A stretch of 64,000 bases of DNA from Diplonema japonicum (lineage: Eukaryota > Protista > Euglenozoa: Diplonemea): contig OZ025688.1 of NCBI GenBank assembly GCA_964019335.1, positions 62,001-126,000 of the forward strand, read 5' to 3'. Position numbers and translations under genes: made by a program. This document shows, piece by piece, positions 12,477 to 25,600 of this stretch. Every line of letters starts with the position of its first letter. The stretch's first letter is position 1. The notes beneath the pieces were generated by a model. The model was not told where the DNA came from. It worked only from the letters and a program-made list of their open reading frames with translations, and searched no databases.

Positions 12477-13800
12477 ATTTTTTTTTCGTGATCCCCCCTC
12501 TCCCCTCTTTCTCCCTCATTTTTTTTCCCCTCCAAATATTTTTTGTTATTTAAACCACGGTAAGGCCCCCCTTTTTTTTTCTCATTTTTTTTTTTTGCAA
12601 TCCCCCTATGGTACTTTTTTTTATACTTTTATTATTTTTTTTATTCCTGTGTTTTACTTTTTGCTTTTTTTTTTCTGTTTTTTTTTTTTCTTCTTTTTTC
12701 CTCATCCTTCTCGTCTAGACCTATTTTCATAAAAGAAAAAAAAATAAATTGAAGGAGGGCTAAGGCGGAGAAGACACCGTCGAAATAAAAAGGAAAGAGG
12801 CTCGAAACTAGATAGGACGAAACAACAAAATTAGAATTTCTTTTTTTTTTTTTAAAAGGGGGAGAATATCCTTCTTTCATATTTCTTTTTTTTTTCTTAG
12901 ATATAATCCTCTTTGTCTCGCTTCTCCTCCCCTCTTTTCCCTTTCTCTCTTAAAGCTGTACACACACAAAAAATGGGCCCATACACTGTTTTTTTTTTCT
13001 CCTTTTTTTTTTGTTGACTGTAAATCAAGTAGAAACTGTTCTTTTTTCTTTCTTTTTTTTTTGAGTTTCTTCTCCGGTACTCCAGATGGGCATTTTTTTT
13101 TTTAAATTATTATTATTGGTGCGTAGAAACTGGTACTATTCCCCATCAGGTCTGCAGTATTTTTCTTTTTTTTTTTTTCTTTCCTTTCATTTTTTTTTTT
13201 TTTTTTTTTTTTTTTGGAGCAAGTATTTCTTTTGTACTTGGATAACAGACGAGACTGGAAAATCACACCTGAAGCAGGGTGGGCACCAAAAAAAAAAAAA
13301 AAAAGTGAAGAGGGAACCGAATTGAGAGGGGGAAAAAGAAGAAAACCAAGGGAAGTCAAGCATAGAGGATTTTGGAGCTGCTGAAAAAATATAAATAAAA
13401 AGAGCTTTTTGAAAAAAGCAAAAGGGGCGGCGGAGGGGATTTTCTTTCATCTGTCACTATAGATTTTTTTTTCCCTTTTTTTTTTCCTTTACCTGAACTC
13501 GTTGTCGAATGGACCCCCGCCTCTTTTTTTTTATTTTTGGATTACCCCTCAATTTTATACTTTCATACTTCACCTTTTTTTTTTATTTAATTTTTACCTT
13601 TTTCTTTTCTTCTGACCTACACCGTGCACTATTACCCCCCTCCCCCCCCTCACATTTCCCTGAAGAATACTTTGTTTTTGCCAACTCCCTCTCTCCCATT
13701 TTTTTTTTATTCTTCCCTTCTCTTCCAAGGAATTCAAAAAAAAACCACCCCTTTTTTTTTAGTTGTTAACTGTCCCTATTCCCGTTGCCCGTAACACCGC

Positions 13801-13830
13801 TCTGATCAACCCTCTCCTTATCACCTGCAG
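13801..13830 (+). promoter_or_regulatory. Candidate spliced-leader trans-splice acceptor upstream of cathepsin
   Basis: Pyrimidine-rich tract ending CCTGCAG at 13830, 18 nt before the ATG; inferred from euglenozoan gene organisation. Confidence 0.4.
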
Positions 13831-13848
13831 TTGATACAAACCTTCAAA

Positions 13849-14870
13849 ATGCGCACCATGTCCGTCGTGATGCTTGCCCTGCTCGCAGGGTCTGCCCAGG
13901 GGCTGAGCGTTGAGTACATCAACGCCAACGCGAAGACCATGTTCAAGGCCTTCAAGACTGACTACAACAAGGTGTACGCCTCTGTCGCTGAGGAGGACAG
14001 GAGGCTTGCCATCTTCACCGAGAACCTGATGAGGGCCGCCAGGTACGAGATGGACCAGACCTCTGGTGCCACCTTCGGTGTGAACGCGTTCACTGACCTC
14101 TCCACCGAGGAGTTCAAGACCTACCACTCCCTGAACGTCCCCAAGAAGCAGGGCCCCCCTGCCGCCCCCGCCACCGCCGGTCCCACCGAGATCGACTGGA
14201 GGACCAAGGGTGCCGTCACCCACGTGAAGAACCAGGCACAGTGCGGGAGGTATGTATTAATTTGTTTTGTTTTTGTACATTTCTTTTCCCCCACAGCTGC
14301 TGGGCGTTCTCGACCACTGGTGGTATTGAGGGCCAGTGGTTCCTTGCCGGCAACACCCTTACCTCGATCTCTGAGCAGGAGCTTGTGTCGTGCGACACCA
14401 CTGACGACGGCTGCAACGGTGGTCTCATGGACAACGCCTTCAAGTGGCTGCTGTCCGCCCACCACGGGCAGATCGTGACCGAGGCCTCGTACCCGTACAC
14501 CTCGGGTGGCGGCAACAGCGGGTCGTGCCACGACGTCTCCGGCAAGGCCGTCGGCGCCACCATCAAGGGCTACAAGGACATCGCCCACGACGAGACCTCC
14601 ATGGCCACCTTCGTCGGTGCCAGCGGTCCCCTCTCCATCGCCGTTGACGCCCAGAAGTGGCAGACCTACACCGGTGGTGTCCTCTCCAACTGCTGCGGTA
14701 TCTTCGGGTGCCAGCTGGACCACGGTGTCCTCATCGTCGGTTACGCCCCTGAGTACTGGATCATCAAGAACTCTTGGGGTCCCAGCTGGGGTGAGAACGG
14801 TTACATCCGTGTGAAGAGGGGTGACAACGAGTGCGGCCTCAACGAGTCCCCCAGCACCTCCGAGTGCTAA
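13849..14870 (+). CDS. Cathepsin L-like (papain C1A) cysteine protease; exons 13849-14249, 14297-14870
   Basis: Signal peptide, I29 propeptide (ERFNIN-like, GVNAFTDL), QCGSCWAFS (split by intron 14250-14296), GCNGG, LDHGV, YWIIKNSWG. Very high GC3. Confidence 0.96.
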
Positions 14871-15141
14871 ACATTGTCTAAACGACAGTAAAACAGCGTG
14901 TTCGTGTGTATAAAAAAAAAAAAAAAAAAGAAACTGTGATTCAATAAACCCTGCACAACGTTTTATTTCTCTTTTTTTTTCTTCTCTTCTTTTTTTTCCG
15001 TCTTTTTTCCCTTCTTTTTCTTTTAGCAAAGGGCGCATAGCTAGTTCCCAATATTTTGCTTTTTATTTATTTCTATTTTCTTTTTTTTTTTAATTGTGTT
15101 TAAGTTAACGATTTGGTGCACCATCGCCACACAGCATACAC

Positions 15142-16542
15142 ATGGACGACGATAAAGTGAGGCTTGTTGCGGTCCCCAGCAGGATGGGGCTGGAGGCCAT
15201 GCGGAGGACAAAGAGAGCACAGGCTGCGCAGGCGCTGCCCTCAAGGAGCACTGTTGCGATCCCCTTCCATTCTATTCAGAACCCCTCAGATGCACAGACG
15301 TATGCTAGGCTCCTGCTAGCCCAGCAAAGAACGATGGGGTATGACTTCAGGGACGCTCCTACAGCACAGGATGCGGCAGGGCAAGCGGAGGAAATCCTTA
15401 AAAGATCGCAGCAGCAGCTGAACGTCCACATGACCACCGACACCTCCACCAAGCTGAGTGTGAAGACAGACATAGGCACTTCGTCAGGGCAGTACTGGTC
15501 TTCCCTTAACCAAGAGTTCCGCGAGCTCTCCACCCACCCCAGCGGTGGCCGCATGGACACAAGCAGCGGCTTCTGGGGACCCCCGCCTGTCGTGGCGCCA
15601 CCCGTGCGATCGCAGTACCTCCCTTCGATGTATCCGCCAGCTCCGCCCTCACGCCCAGGGTTTCCCCCAGGTCCTCCGCCGCAATCTTACCCGTCATACC
15701 CTCCCAGCACCCCTTATGCACCCCAGCCACCCATGCATGCTCCAATGAGCTACTGCAGGTATTGCAGATCCTCTCATGTCGACGGGGCCAGGTTCTGCCA
15801 CTACTGCGGGACACCCATCACCACGCTACCCCCCACACGGGACCGGCCTGCGGATACCGCTCGTACAGGTTCACCCCCGGAAGTCCCTACTCCTATGCCC
15901 TCGCGGCCCGTGGCCCCTTCCACCCATGCGACTCCATCCACCCATGCTCTTCCTTCGCAGTATTCTGATGCGGCTTCGCAACTCTCGCAAGCACCTGTCA
16001 ACCCACCATCCACGTCAACCATCGCCTCCTCCCGTTCGGTATGTTGGTAGTTTTCTTTTCTTTCTTTATACATACAGGCACGTCCCGTGCAACAAGATGT
16101 TACAAGCCGTCACAGCACACCTGCTAGTTTACCAAAAACGCAGGCCCCTCTGCCACCTCCCAGTGATCACGAGTCTGAGGTTGCACCTGATCAAGAGCCA
16201 CCTAAGGAACTCGTTCAGGAATCGCCTCCTCCCGGTGTATACCAGGACCCAGCGAGCGAAAAGGCGTCTCCAGGTTCGCCTGCGTCGAAGAAGAACACAG
16301 CAGTTGCACTGAGCAACGAGGAGGCGCAGCTCTCTGACTCGACTTCTCTCCCTCCTGACCCGGAGCCTATGGAGCAGGAACCTCCCCCCCAGCCGTCCAC
16401 TCCGAAGAAGAAGCCAATGAGCGACACTCACACGAAGCACCACGACCCTGCCAATGAAAAAGCCTCCCCTGGATCCCCCGCGTCCAAAAAGAACACTGCA
16501 GTTGCCCTTGAAAACGACATCATCGACCTGTCGGCCCTGTGA
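15142..16542 (+). CDS. Proline-rich protein with a zinc-ribbon, ~453 aa; exons 15142-16038, 16078-16542
   Basis: CRYCRSSHVDGARFCHYCGTP zinc ribbon; intron 16039-16077 (GTATGT..TACAG) joins ORFs 15142 and 16087 in frame. Confidence 0.8.
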
Positions 16543-16669
16543 CGGCCGCTGACTGTCCTGTACTTTGTATTTAGATCTGATGCTTACCCCCCCTCCCCCA
16601 TTTTCTCTTTTAAAACTGTGCAGCTTATCAACCAGCTGTCTATGCCAATAACAACCACCAACAGGCGGG

Positions 16670-18550
16670 ATGAAGGCGCTACATCTGCTGTTGGCAGCAA
16701 GTATGGTGTTCGCGCTGGTGGCACTGTACCCAAGTATAGGGGCGTTTGCGAGTGATGCAGAGTACAGCGGGCGGCAAATAAACGAGCATATTAAGCAAGA
16801 GAGTATAGAGACCCCCCATGAACCATCTCAAGAGCTGTTCAAAAAGCCACGCCTCACGCTCCCAAAAGGATGGAAATCCAAGGGTTGCGGGTTGGGACCA
16901 CCGCCAGAGTCTCCTCAGCTCAGCGACCTTCCCGAGTGTGCGGAATTTGTAGCTTCATATGAACAGATGTGTGGTTCTGAGAACGGCAGCCCGGGGCTCC
17001 AGGATGAGTACGACGGGATTAAAGCCAACAGGACAGCTGGGGACCCTGCGAAGTATGAAGGGAAGTATGCCCTGCTGTGCTACAGCCAGAGCGGGATGGG
17101 CCGGCCCGTCTACGTGCTGGCGGGTGCTGTGGATTCGCGTGACGAACGAACGTGCGGTCCGCCTCACAACATGTTCGATGTGCTCGACGTGCGCATCGAA
17201 GGCAACAGGAGCATCGAGTACGGCTTCGTGTCCACCCCTGTCAGGTGGTTCAAGATCATCAGCTTCCGCCCCATCGAGGCAACAGAGTACCACATCGCTG
17301 CCAGGGTTCACTTGCAAAGACAAAACAAGACCAATGAAGGGTGGGAGTTCAAGCGGAAACGTGGCAAACGGAGTCTAGCTCTCCTGGGGTCTAGCAAGTG
17401 CCCACTGAGCTCCTGCGGTGTCGGAAGAACTAAGAAAGCACACTTCTGGTGCATGACAATGAAGATGATGACCGTCAGTGTTACAAAGGGGAACTGCACG
17501 GTGCCTACCGGGGAAGACCTCCCCCTCTGCGCAGATAGTTACCCTGGTGAAGAGGATGAATGGTTTGGGAGATGGTACAAGGAATGCAATGGTGACGCAG
17601 GCTGTTTAAGCACGCACCCGATCAGAACACGTCCTTTGGATGGGAGGCGGGAGAGCATTCCGAACCTGAGACTGCTGCGCGCGGTGGGTGCTTGCGGACC
17701 GTCCACTCCTTCGAAACTCTTCACAAGACAGTTCAGTCATTTTGTGTTTAATGAGAAAGCAGGCTGGGTGTACCACCCTCACGTGTGCCGTCCGAGGATC
17801 TTCACTAAAAACGCTGCATGGAGATGCCTCAACTCCACAGGACTGCTTAGCGTGGGTGACTCCGTGCAGCTCACCAACGGACACCTCCTGTGGTTGTGGA
17901 TGGATTTGGCTCCTTTGGGAAGCTATCTAAACGACACCTACTTCTCAGTCCGCGGGGACAGAAAGGATGAACTGTTCGGCACGCTTGGAAGAGGCGGCGA
18001 CGCGAGCAATCAAAAAACCTACAAGTTCAACAAGTTCTTCTTTTATCAAATTGTCAGGCAGCGTAACTTCCATTTGAAAGACCTCGCCACGGACCTCGCT
18101 ACACTGAAAGCAAAACAGGTTAAGAAAGATTGGAACAACAATATCAAAGCGGTGGTCATGTCGATAGGCTTGCACGATGCTGTCAACGGGTACACGCAAC
18201 CCAATCAGACGGACATGGTGAGGTATTTAAAATCGGGGTTCACGAATCTTTCTTACCCTGTTGTGTTCCACCCGTCACCTGCAACATCAGTCATGAGGAT
18301 GTGCACGAGGAAGAATCCCGACCGGACGTGGCGTGTAAACGATGCCTACTCGCAAGGGTTTAACACGTTGTACAACTTGAAGGTGAAGAACATGCCACCT
18401 GTCGCAGTGACGCCTTCCTTCTTCATGTCTCGATCGATGAACTGGGAGGTGCCTGCTATGGATGACTCGGGGACGCATCCCTACTGCTCGTTTATAGGCC
18501 TGGCTATGTGGATGCAAACTTTGGACCTTGTTTGTCCGATGAATAATTAA
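16670..18550 (+). CDS. Secreted/type-II membrane SGNH-like (NXPE / PC-esterase type) protein
   Basis: N-terminal hydrophobic segment, Cys-rich region, CL..GDS block, SIGLHD and C-terminal DDSGTHP (DxxH-like). Confidence 0.7.
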   Translation: MKALHLLLAASMVFALVALYPSIGAFASDAEYSGRQINEHIKQESIETPHEPSQELFKKPRLTLPKGWKSKGCGLGPPPESPQLSDLPECAEFVASYEQMCGSENGSPGLQDEYDGIKANRTAGDPAKYEGKYALLCYSQSGMGRPVYVLAGAVDSRDERTCGPPHNMFDVLDVRIEGNRSIEYGFVSTPVRWFKIISFRPIEATEYHIAARVHLQRQNKTNEGWEFKRKRGKRSLALLGSSKCPLSSCGVGRTKKAHFWCMTMKMMTVSVTKGNCTVPTGEDLPLCADSYPGEEDEWFGRWYKECNGDAGCLSTHPIRTRPLDGRRESIPNLRLLRAVGACGPSTPSKLFTRQFSHFVFNEKAGWVYHPHVCRPRIFTKNAAWRCLNSTGLLSVGDSVQLTNGHLLWLWMDLAPLGSYLNDTYFSVRGDRKDELFGTLGRGGDASNQKTYKFNKFFFYQIVRQRNFHLKDLATDLATLKAKQVKKDWNNNIKAVVMSIGLHDAVNGYTQPNQTDMVRYLKSGFTNLSYPVVFHPSPATSVMRMCTRKNPDRTWRVNDAYSQGFNTLYNLKVKNMPPVAVTPSFFMSRSMNWEVPAMDDSGTHPYCSFIGLAMWMQTLDLVCPMNN

Positions 18551-19677
18551 TTTCTTTTTTTTTTTTTTTTTTTTGCTGTCGTCGTTCTCGGCGCATTTTT
18601 TTTCTACCCCCCCCCCCCCACACGGCGAGTAATTGCGTTTTTTTTTCTTGGGGGAGCTTTTTTTTTTTTTTCTTTTTTTTTAATATGGAGTAACAAAAGT
18701 TTTGTGGAAAAACTTTTTTTTTTGGTCTCCAAGAAAAAGTAGTTTCACCCCCCCCCCCCCGCCCTTTTTTTTAAGTTGTAAAAAAATGGTGGGTCATTTA
18801 AAAAAAAAAAAAAAAAACCTCTCCGCGTGTATCTCAGGAGGTTTTCCTACAAACGCTATTTTAACACATGGTCAGCAAAAAAAAAAAAAAGAGAGAGATA
18901 AAAAGAAGGGGGAAAGCCCCCCCTTTTTTTTGATTCTTCAACTTCTTAACCCATCATTGTGATTTTTTTTTTCTTTTTTTTTTCCTTGCGACCCGACCCT
19001 CACCACTTCTTCGAAAAAAAATCGATCGATCTATCGATTAAATACCGGACGGAACGGCGTATCAAGAAGTCTAATCGTAACGTGTTGAAAACAATTCAAA
19101 AAAAAAAAAAGAGAGAAGGGTAGAAAAAAAAAAAAGTGTTGTTGTTATTGCTGTTTTTCGTCACCTCCCACTGGTGCAGATTTCTTTCCACCAGAAAAAG
19201 AAAAGGTTATGAAAAAAAAAAAAAAAAAAAAAAAAACGAACAGTCAGCTACAGGCAACAAAAAAAGAAATATTTGAACAAGCCCAAATAATGGGCTGTCA
19301 TTGACGGCCTTATTCTTTGGCACGATATGATCCCCCCCCCCCCCCCCCCCCATCTGGAACTTACCTAACATCTTCTTTTTTTTCTTCTTCTCTTCTTGCT
19401 ATATCTATCTGCCTTTAATCCATGCGAGAGAAGAAGAAAAAAGAAGAAGAAAACAAAAAAAAAGGGTTAAAGTGAAGTAGAAGAAAGAGTAACAAAAAAA
19501 AAAAAAAGAATCGGTACAAGTTTTTTTTTAGTTTATTTTATTTTATTTTTTCAATCTTAATTGAACTAACAAAGAAAAGAAAAAAAGAGAAAACAAAAAC
19601 AAAAAATAAGTATTTCACCATTCTCTGGTGCAACGATTACGCCTACTACAGGTACGGGAGGAGGATGCTGGAGTGAA

Positions 19678-22600
19678 ATGTTTGTGTTGCTATGCTTGGT
19701 GCTGGTGGGGATGGTGGGTGGGGCCACGCGCACTGCCACGGTTACGTTGAGCGAAACGGGAAGTCTCACAGGCAGTCTGTCTGAGACAATGTCGGAGACA
19801 CAAAGTGCCTCTTCTAGCTTCAGTCAGAGTGCCACTGTGCCTACTGAAACGGCTTCTACTTCGTTAAGCCTGACGTTCACCATGCCTACAAGCACCGCCA
19901 GTGAGACCTTCACACTAGCTACGGGGACGGGGACAGTCTCCCCCACAATATCGAGAAGTGTGACAGCCAAAAGCAAAACTAAAACATCGTCCTCCACCAT
20001 GACCTTCTCGCTCTTCAGTGCGACCGAAAGCTTCTCAGCCACTCTCCCCACAGCCACCATGACGGTCACGACGTCCATCTCCCTCCCTACGGCCACCTTG
20101 TCCGTCTCCCTCCCCACCACAACCCAAACTGCTACCATGACTCTCCCCACAGTCTCCTTTTCTTCAACTCTCACATTCACTCTTCCCACTGGTTCTGCCT
20201 CTATGACACAAAGTCTTTCCCACACCGAATCCTTCACCGAGTCCCTTCCCAGTCACGACAACTACACCATGGCCCTGGACCCCTCGTCGTTCTTCGAGGG
20301 GCAAGAGCTGCGCCTTCTCTTAACCCCGGTGCTGAAGGGCGACGTCTACTCCACATCCTCCGCCGACATCGAGCGCTACCACTTCAACATCACCGATCCT
20401 GGTGCGCTGGAGGTGCGGTTGTATGAGTGGGACGCATCTCTTCCAGCGCAATGTCCTTCCTACACAAGCACCAAAGAGCCGGTCCTGACCCGTAGTGGGT
20501 TTGGATTGGCGGATCGTGCGGAGTCGCTGGCCTCTTCATTGGTACGGTCTGCGTACGTCACCATCTCAGCCCCGTCTAGCTCCATCACGTTTGTGATCTG
20601 CTTCAAGCATACTGTGCCTGCCACAGCCTACAATGTACCCAGAGAGGTGAACGGTGTGTGGTTACTGTTTTCCACCGAGGACGGGCAGTATGCCTTCACG
20701 GCATCGGAATCAACTGCGTGGTACCACCTGCCGGACCCCACACCCAACCAGTACGCCATTCTGCAGCTGCTTAGCACGGAAACATGGAATTTCACATACC
20801 CCACGTCAACGTGCATGTCAGATCTGTTGCAATGCGGCTTTGGGGACAACCTGAAGCTTGTCCCAATGGGCGAACCCTGCACCTATGAACACCAGGCCTT
20901 TGACACACCGTTCCTCGGGACTGCGTGGATCCAGAACGACGGCACCTGGGACTACGAGGCATTACCGGGTCTTAAGGAGGGCGCAACTGCAGGCGGTGTC
21001 GGTGCCTTTGGCACACAGTATGCCAACCCACTGGTAGACTCCTGGTCGTCGTGGGGCACGTATTACACAGTCTCGGACTATCAAACGACGGATGTCACTG
21101 TGGTGCCTGTTGGCGGTGAAGTAAAGCATGCCTACGTGTACGTGAAGATCCCTGAGAGGACAAACACATCTAGTTATGATGTGTGCTTTTCGTCGCGCGA
21201 GCAGCGGATATCGATGCTGTCAAAGAACAGCAGCAACATTGCATCAGTCCCTGCGTGGAGGAAGCTGTTCAGGTGCGTGAACCCTTTGGGGTGTGCTACG
21301 AGCGACTCCGTTTCGCACTTTACTGTGAAAGAGGAGCCTTTAGGGTGGGCTATGGTAGACGTGTCGCCGAGCACATGGGGCGACATAGTCTTCGACGACT
21401 CGGGTGAAGGACAGCTGTCGTCGATGCCGACCCTGAGCACGGTCGCGGTCTCGGCACCCCTTGCGAGTGCTAGTTACCCACAGACGCAAACCACAACGGC
21501 TAACTATTGGGCACCCCAGGGTGGCGACTATTTCCGCATTGTGCAATCCTCGTACTTCGGCGAGACGACATCAACAGGACGGTCCTCAAGTGCGCATCTT
21601 GGATCCTTTCCCAACTCAGGCTGCTGGACGCGCACCTACGACACACCATCCACGACCTCTCCTTACATCGGCGGCTTGGCTAATGACGGCGACCAGTACT
21701 CTACCGGATCCACGGACCTCACAGGTGACCCCACCACCGACAGCCCTTCTGATGCCACTGCGCAGAATGTCACCTTCTCCCCCCTTTATGTTCCTCAGAA
21801 GCTCTCAAGGTGGTACGTTTGTTACCGAAGGACCTGCACCTTCTCCAAGGCATCCTGCGCAAAGTATAGCGGCATGCGAATGCTCCCTTTCCATCGCAGC
21901 GGCTACGGTAGCACGCCCTCCAAGTGGCACCACATAGGGAACAAGTACCCTCCAGGTCTGGAGGCTGGACCGTCGCTCCTCATGCCCGACTACTTGGACG
22001 GCCTTCCTGAGCACCCTGCTGCCACATGGTACATGAACGACACACGGCAGGACACGTGGAGCCCGTTGATCGTAGAGTTGACCAACACGACAGAAGCTGC
22101 AAGCTTGGACAGCAGAGCCTGGAATTTCTGGCGGACATGGAACAAAAGCGACGTAGTAGCAAGAACTGTGGGAAGCGCCCTTAGAATTGTGAAGAGCACG
22201 AAAGCGTGCGACTACCCGAGGTTTGCACAGGACGTGATTGCAGGTGACGCAGCTGTTAGCTACGACGGTGGGATGGTTGAGTGCAACAGTGCGAAAGCTG
22301 AAGAAGTGAACACAAGTGACCCCACATGGCGATGCAATGGGTCATCTGCTGATGTTGCTATGACCTCCAACATCGCCTTTTACATATCAGTGCCTACTAG
22401 CGGCAGCTACAGGGTGTGCTTCAGGCTGCATGGATGGAATTGGAATGAACTTTCTCCCAGCGGAACAGGATCGTTTTGGAATGATCCCGCAAACCCTTCC
22501 CCTGATGAATTCCTCCGAAGAGGCGATTGGGTGCCTCCAAGTTCGTGGTTCGTACCGTCGGCTAGCGCATTGTCACATTTGTCGCTCTCTCTTGTGGAGG

Positions 22601-25600
22601 ACCGCTCCGAGATGGAGGCACTGTTCATTGTGACCGATAAGGAAACGTCGCTCACAGTACGCGGTAGGTGCGGCGACGATGAGTGCTCGGGAGACGTCTT
22701 GCGGCTGGTGCCTGAAGGTGCTAACTGCGACATCAATCCTGCCACATGGGAACCTGCCCTTTCTGACACACACTTATCGTTATTCTGCTACAAGGTGGGC
22801 ACGGGCAGTTCCACAACGTCTGGCTTACTTTATGACAACTCTGCCCCGCTGGTGCCGTGCCCTTTGTCGCAGTCCACATTTGCAATGTGCCACGGAAAAT
22901 GCACAACCGCAACGCGCAACTTTCAGTACTTCACAAAAGGCACCCCTGATATCTATGACGACATCGTGCCCTATGACCACTCGTACAGCAACCACGACGC
23001 AGTGGCCGCAGTGATAACCCTCCCTGCATATAACGCGGCTCAGACCTGGAAGATATGCTACAAGCAGCTAGGTACCATGGGGTGGGCAGTGTTCAACAGC
23101 ACTTGGACACTCCAGCCCCGTACCACAATGAGCGTGCTGAGCCCTGCCATTGGGAAGGTGAAATTACTTGCAGGTGAAGTGCGCAGGTTCGACATCAGTT
23201 TAGGCTTCAACACCTCTGAGGTGGCTGGTGTATACGCAAAGCTCGTTGGCTTGTCTGGCCTGCACAACAACCACTGTGCGAGCCCTGCTGACGGCACAGA
23301 AGCGGAGCCGTTCGCATCGGCGACGGCAACGTATTCAGTGAACGATGATAGCTCAATTGCCCTTCACATGAAGGTGCCTCATCACTACGGCCCTGCTTAC
23401 TTATGCATCCAGGTGCGCACTCATGCTGCTGACTCGATGTCATGGTGGCGCCCTGTGGGGCCTGATTTGTACAGCTACTTAATAATCGACTCTGGTGTCC
23501 GCTGGTATGTGGAGCCTGGCAGCCAACCGATGTACAATGGGTTGACCGTGTTGAAGCTTATCAAGTGCCTCCCGACGCCCACGGGGTGCGTGTGGTCAAG
23601 CAGTGACGAGACCTTCGACACAAACAAAGGGGGTGATGCGGTCAAAGTTGTGGCCTCCTCGGTAGGCTGCAATGAGTACAACATGCTCAGCCCTAATGAC
23701 TCGCAGCACGAAGGGCTTGGTCAACCACCCCATGGTGTCGACGACCTGGGTCCTGCTGACGGTCCCAGCGACTTAGCAGAGGTCAAGGTGACCATCCCTT
23801 CAACAAACGGGAACATCGCCACCACGTATAAGGTGTGCGTGAAGACATTCTTTTTCGTGAACACGATAGCCGGGAAAAAATGGGTAGAGGTGCCTCAGGC
23901 AAAAGATTTTCAGGGGCAGCGGTTGGTCGTTGATAGCAACAAGATACCTTCATATCACGTGATGCCTGGGGTGGTAAAGGGGTGGGCACTCAACACGGAG
24001 CTCCAGCCAGCCAAGTCCTTGTTCATCGGTCCTTCGCTTGTGTCAGTGGCTTTGGGCGGTGCTGCAACTACTCACGTTGCGAACCCTAACTTTGCATCAA
24101 CTAACACGCCGCCCGAGGAGGGCTTGGGTTTTTATTTCAGCACCTTTGAAGCTATGGACGATGCCACGCGCAATGCTTCGTTGTTCAAACTTGTTCTAGC
24201 CAAGAAGCCGTCTGGCAGGCTTCCGGACAACTCGCATTGGGGCGACATCTCGCGTTGGGTGAACGTGCACAGCGACTGCCACGGCCCTGCTGTCGACCTG
24301 GCAACAAACATAGGAAGCTGCAACATAACGGCAAACCCTCACTGCCCCTCGTTGCGGGTTACAACAACCAACGCTCAAGTTGTTCCTGCAGTGTTTCACA
24401 TCCCCCTGTCGCCAGGAATGTACCTAGTGTGTTTTAAACCCCCGGTCGACAGCAACGGTGAGGAGCAGCCGTGGCAGTGGCTGACGAGCACCAAAGGCGA
24501 ACAGCTGTTCTCGCATCCTGCCTTCCTGGAAGCCACCATGACGAGCAATTATCACAATGTCAGCGTGCATGATGTACGCGCGGTGACCAACGACACTACA
24601 GGGGGTCTCATCTCCATCTCGTCGTGGTGCTCCCCATCCACACAGCTCAGCGGCGAGGGTGTGCCTTGCATCACACAGAACAGCGGCGGTTTTCGCTACG
24701 ACCTTCTCACAGTAGTCAGCAGCGACGAAGTGTGCTCAGTCCCCGTTACAACGCCCAACGGCAACGGCACAGGCACAGGCAGCTGGTACCAGTTGGAGCG
24801 TTCCTCCAATTCCACAGCTGTTATTGTTGGTCGAGCCAACACGTGGCCCCTGATCCCTTTAGATCCGGCTGCGCTGTCCGGGAGGTACAAGGTGTGCGTT
24901 TACAAGGCAGGCGATGCGAGGAGTAGGTACTATGACTTCGGGTCATCGCAATATGTGGCGAAAAAGGGTATCGTCTATCAGCTATTCAACGGAGGCAGTG
25001 CGGCCATGGGTGGGGGTACGGGGCACTGGCAGGAGAAGAGCACGGGCAACCCCAGCAAGCTTGTTGTGAGTAGTTCTGTGAAGTTCAATGCGAGCATCCG
25101 CTTTACAGAATACAACGACACTGTAGAGGCGGTGTATGGGACACAGCAACCGGAGACTGTCACTGACCCTGTCACGGGAAAGATGTCCTACACACCCTTG
25201 TTGCGTTCAGGCAGCACCGTGCTGTACACCGTTAAGGTCGTTAGTGCGGTGAACGAGTTCATTCCCGCAGGGTCGCATGCTGTGGAAGTCAAAAAGTGCC
25301 GGAAGCCCAGCTCGTGGGCTGACATATCATGCCCATTTTGGACCAGCGCTACATCACCGACAAGCCACTTCACTGTCGAGAACAAAGGTGGTTTGTGCAC
25401 ACCCCACGCAGCACCAGAGTATGGATGGCCTGCAAACGGTCTGCGGCAGTTCATGGTCGAAGGTGTGGTGGAGTTCGCACTGCAGTACACATCTGCATGC
25501 AATGACAACGCTTTTGGGTGCGGTGTCAAGTTCGTCGCAGACGGTCTACAGTCACCCGCGCAGTGGATCAACATCCAACCCCATCAGCCCGACGCCATCT

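Noticed and set aside
12750-12812. Additional kinesin 3' exon
   Set aside because: Possible after GTGAG at 12466, but an in-frame stop at 12474 already ends the protein plausibly; cannot be decided without RNA data.
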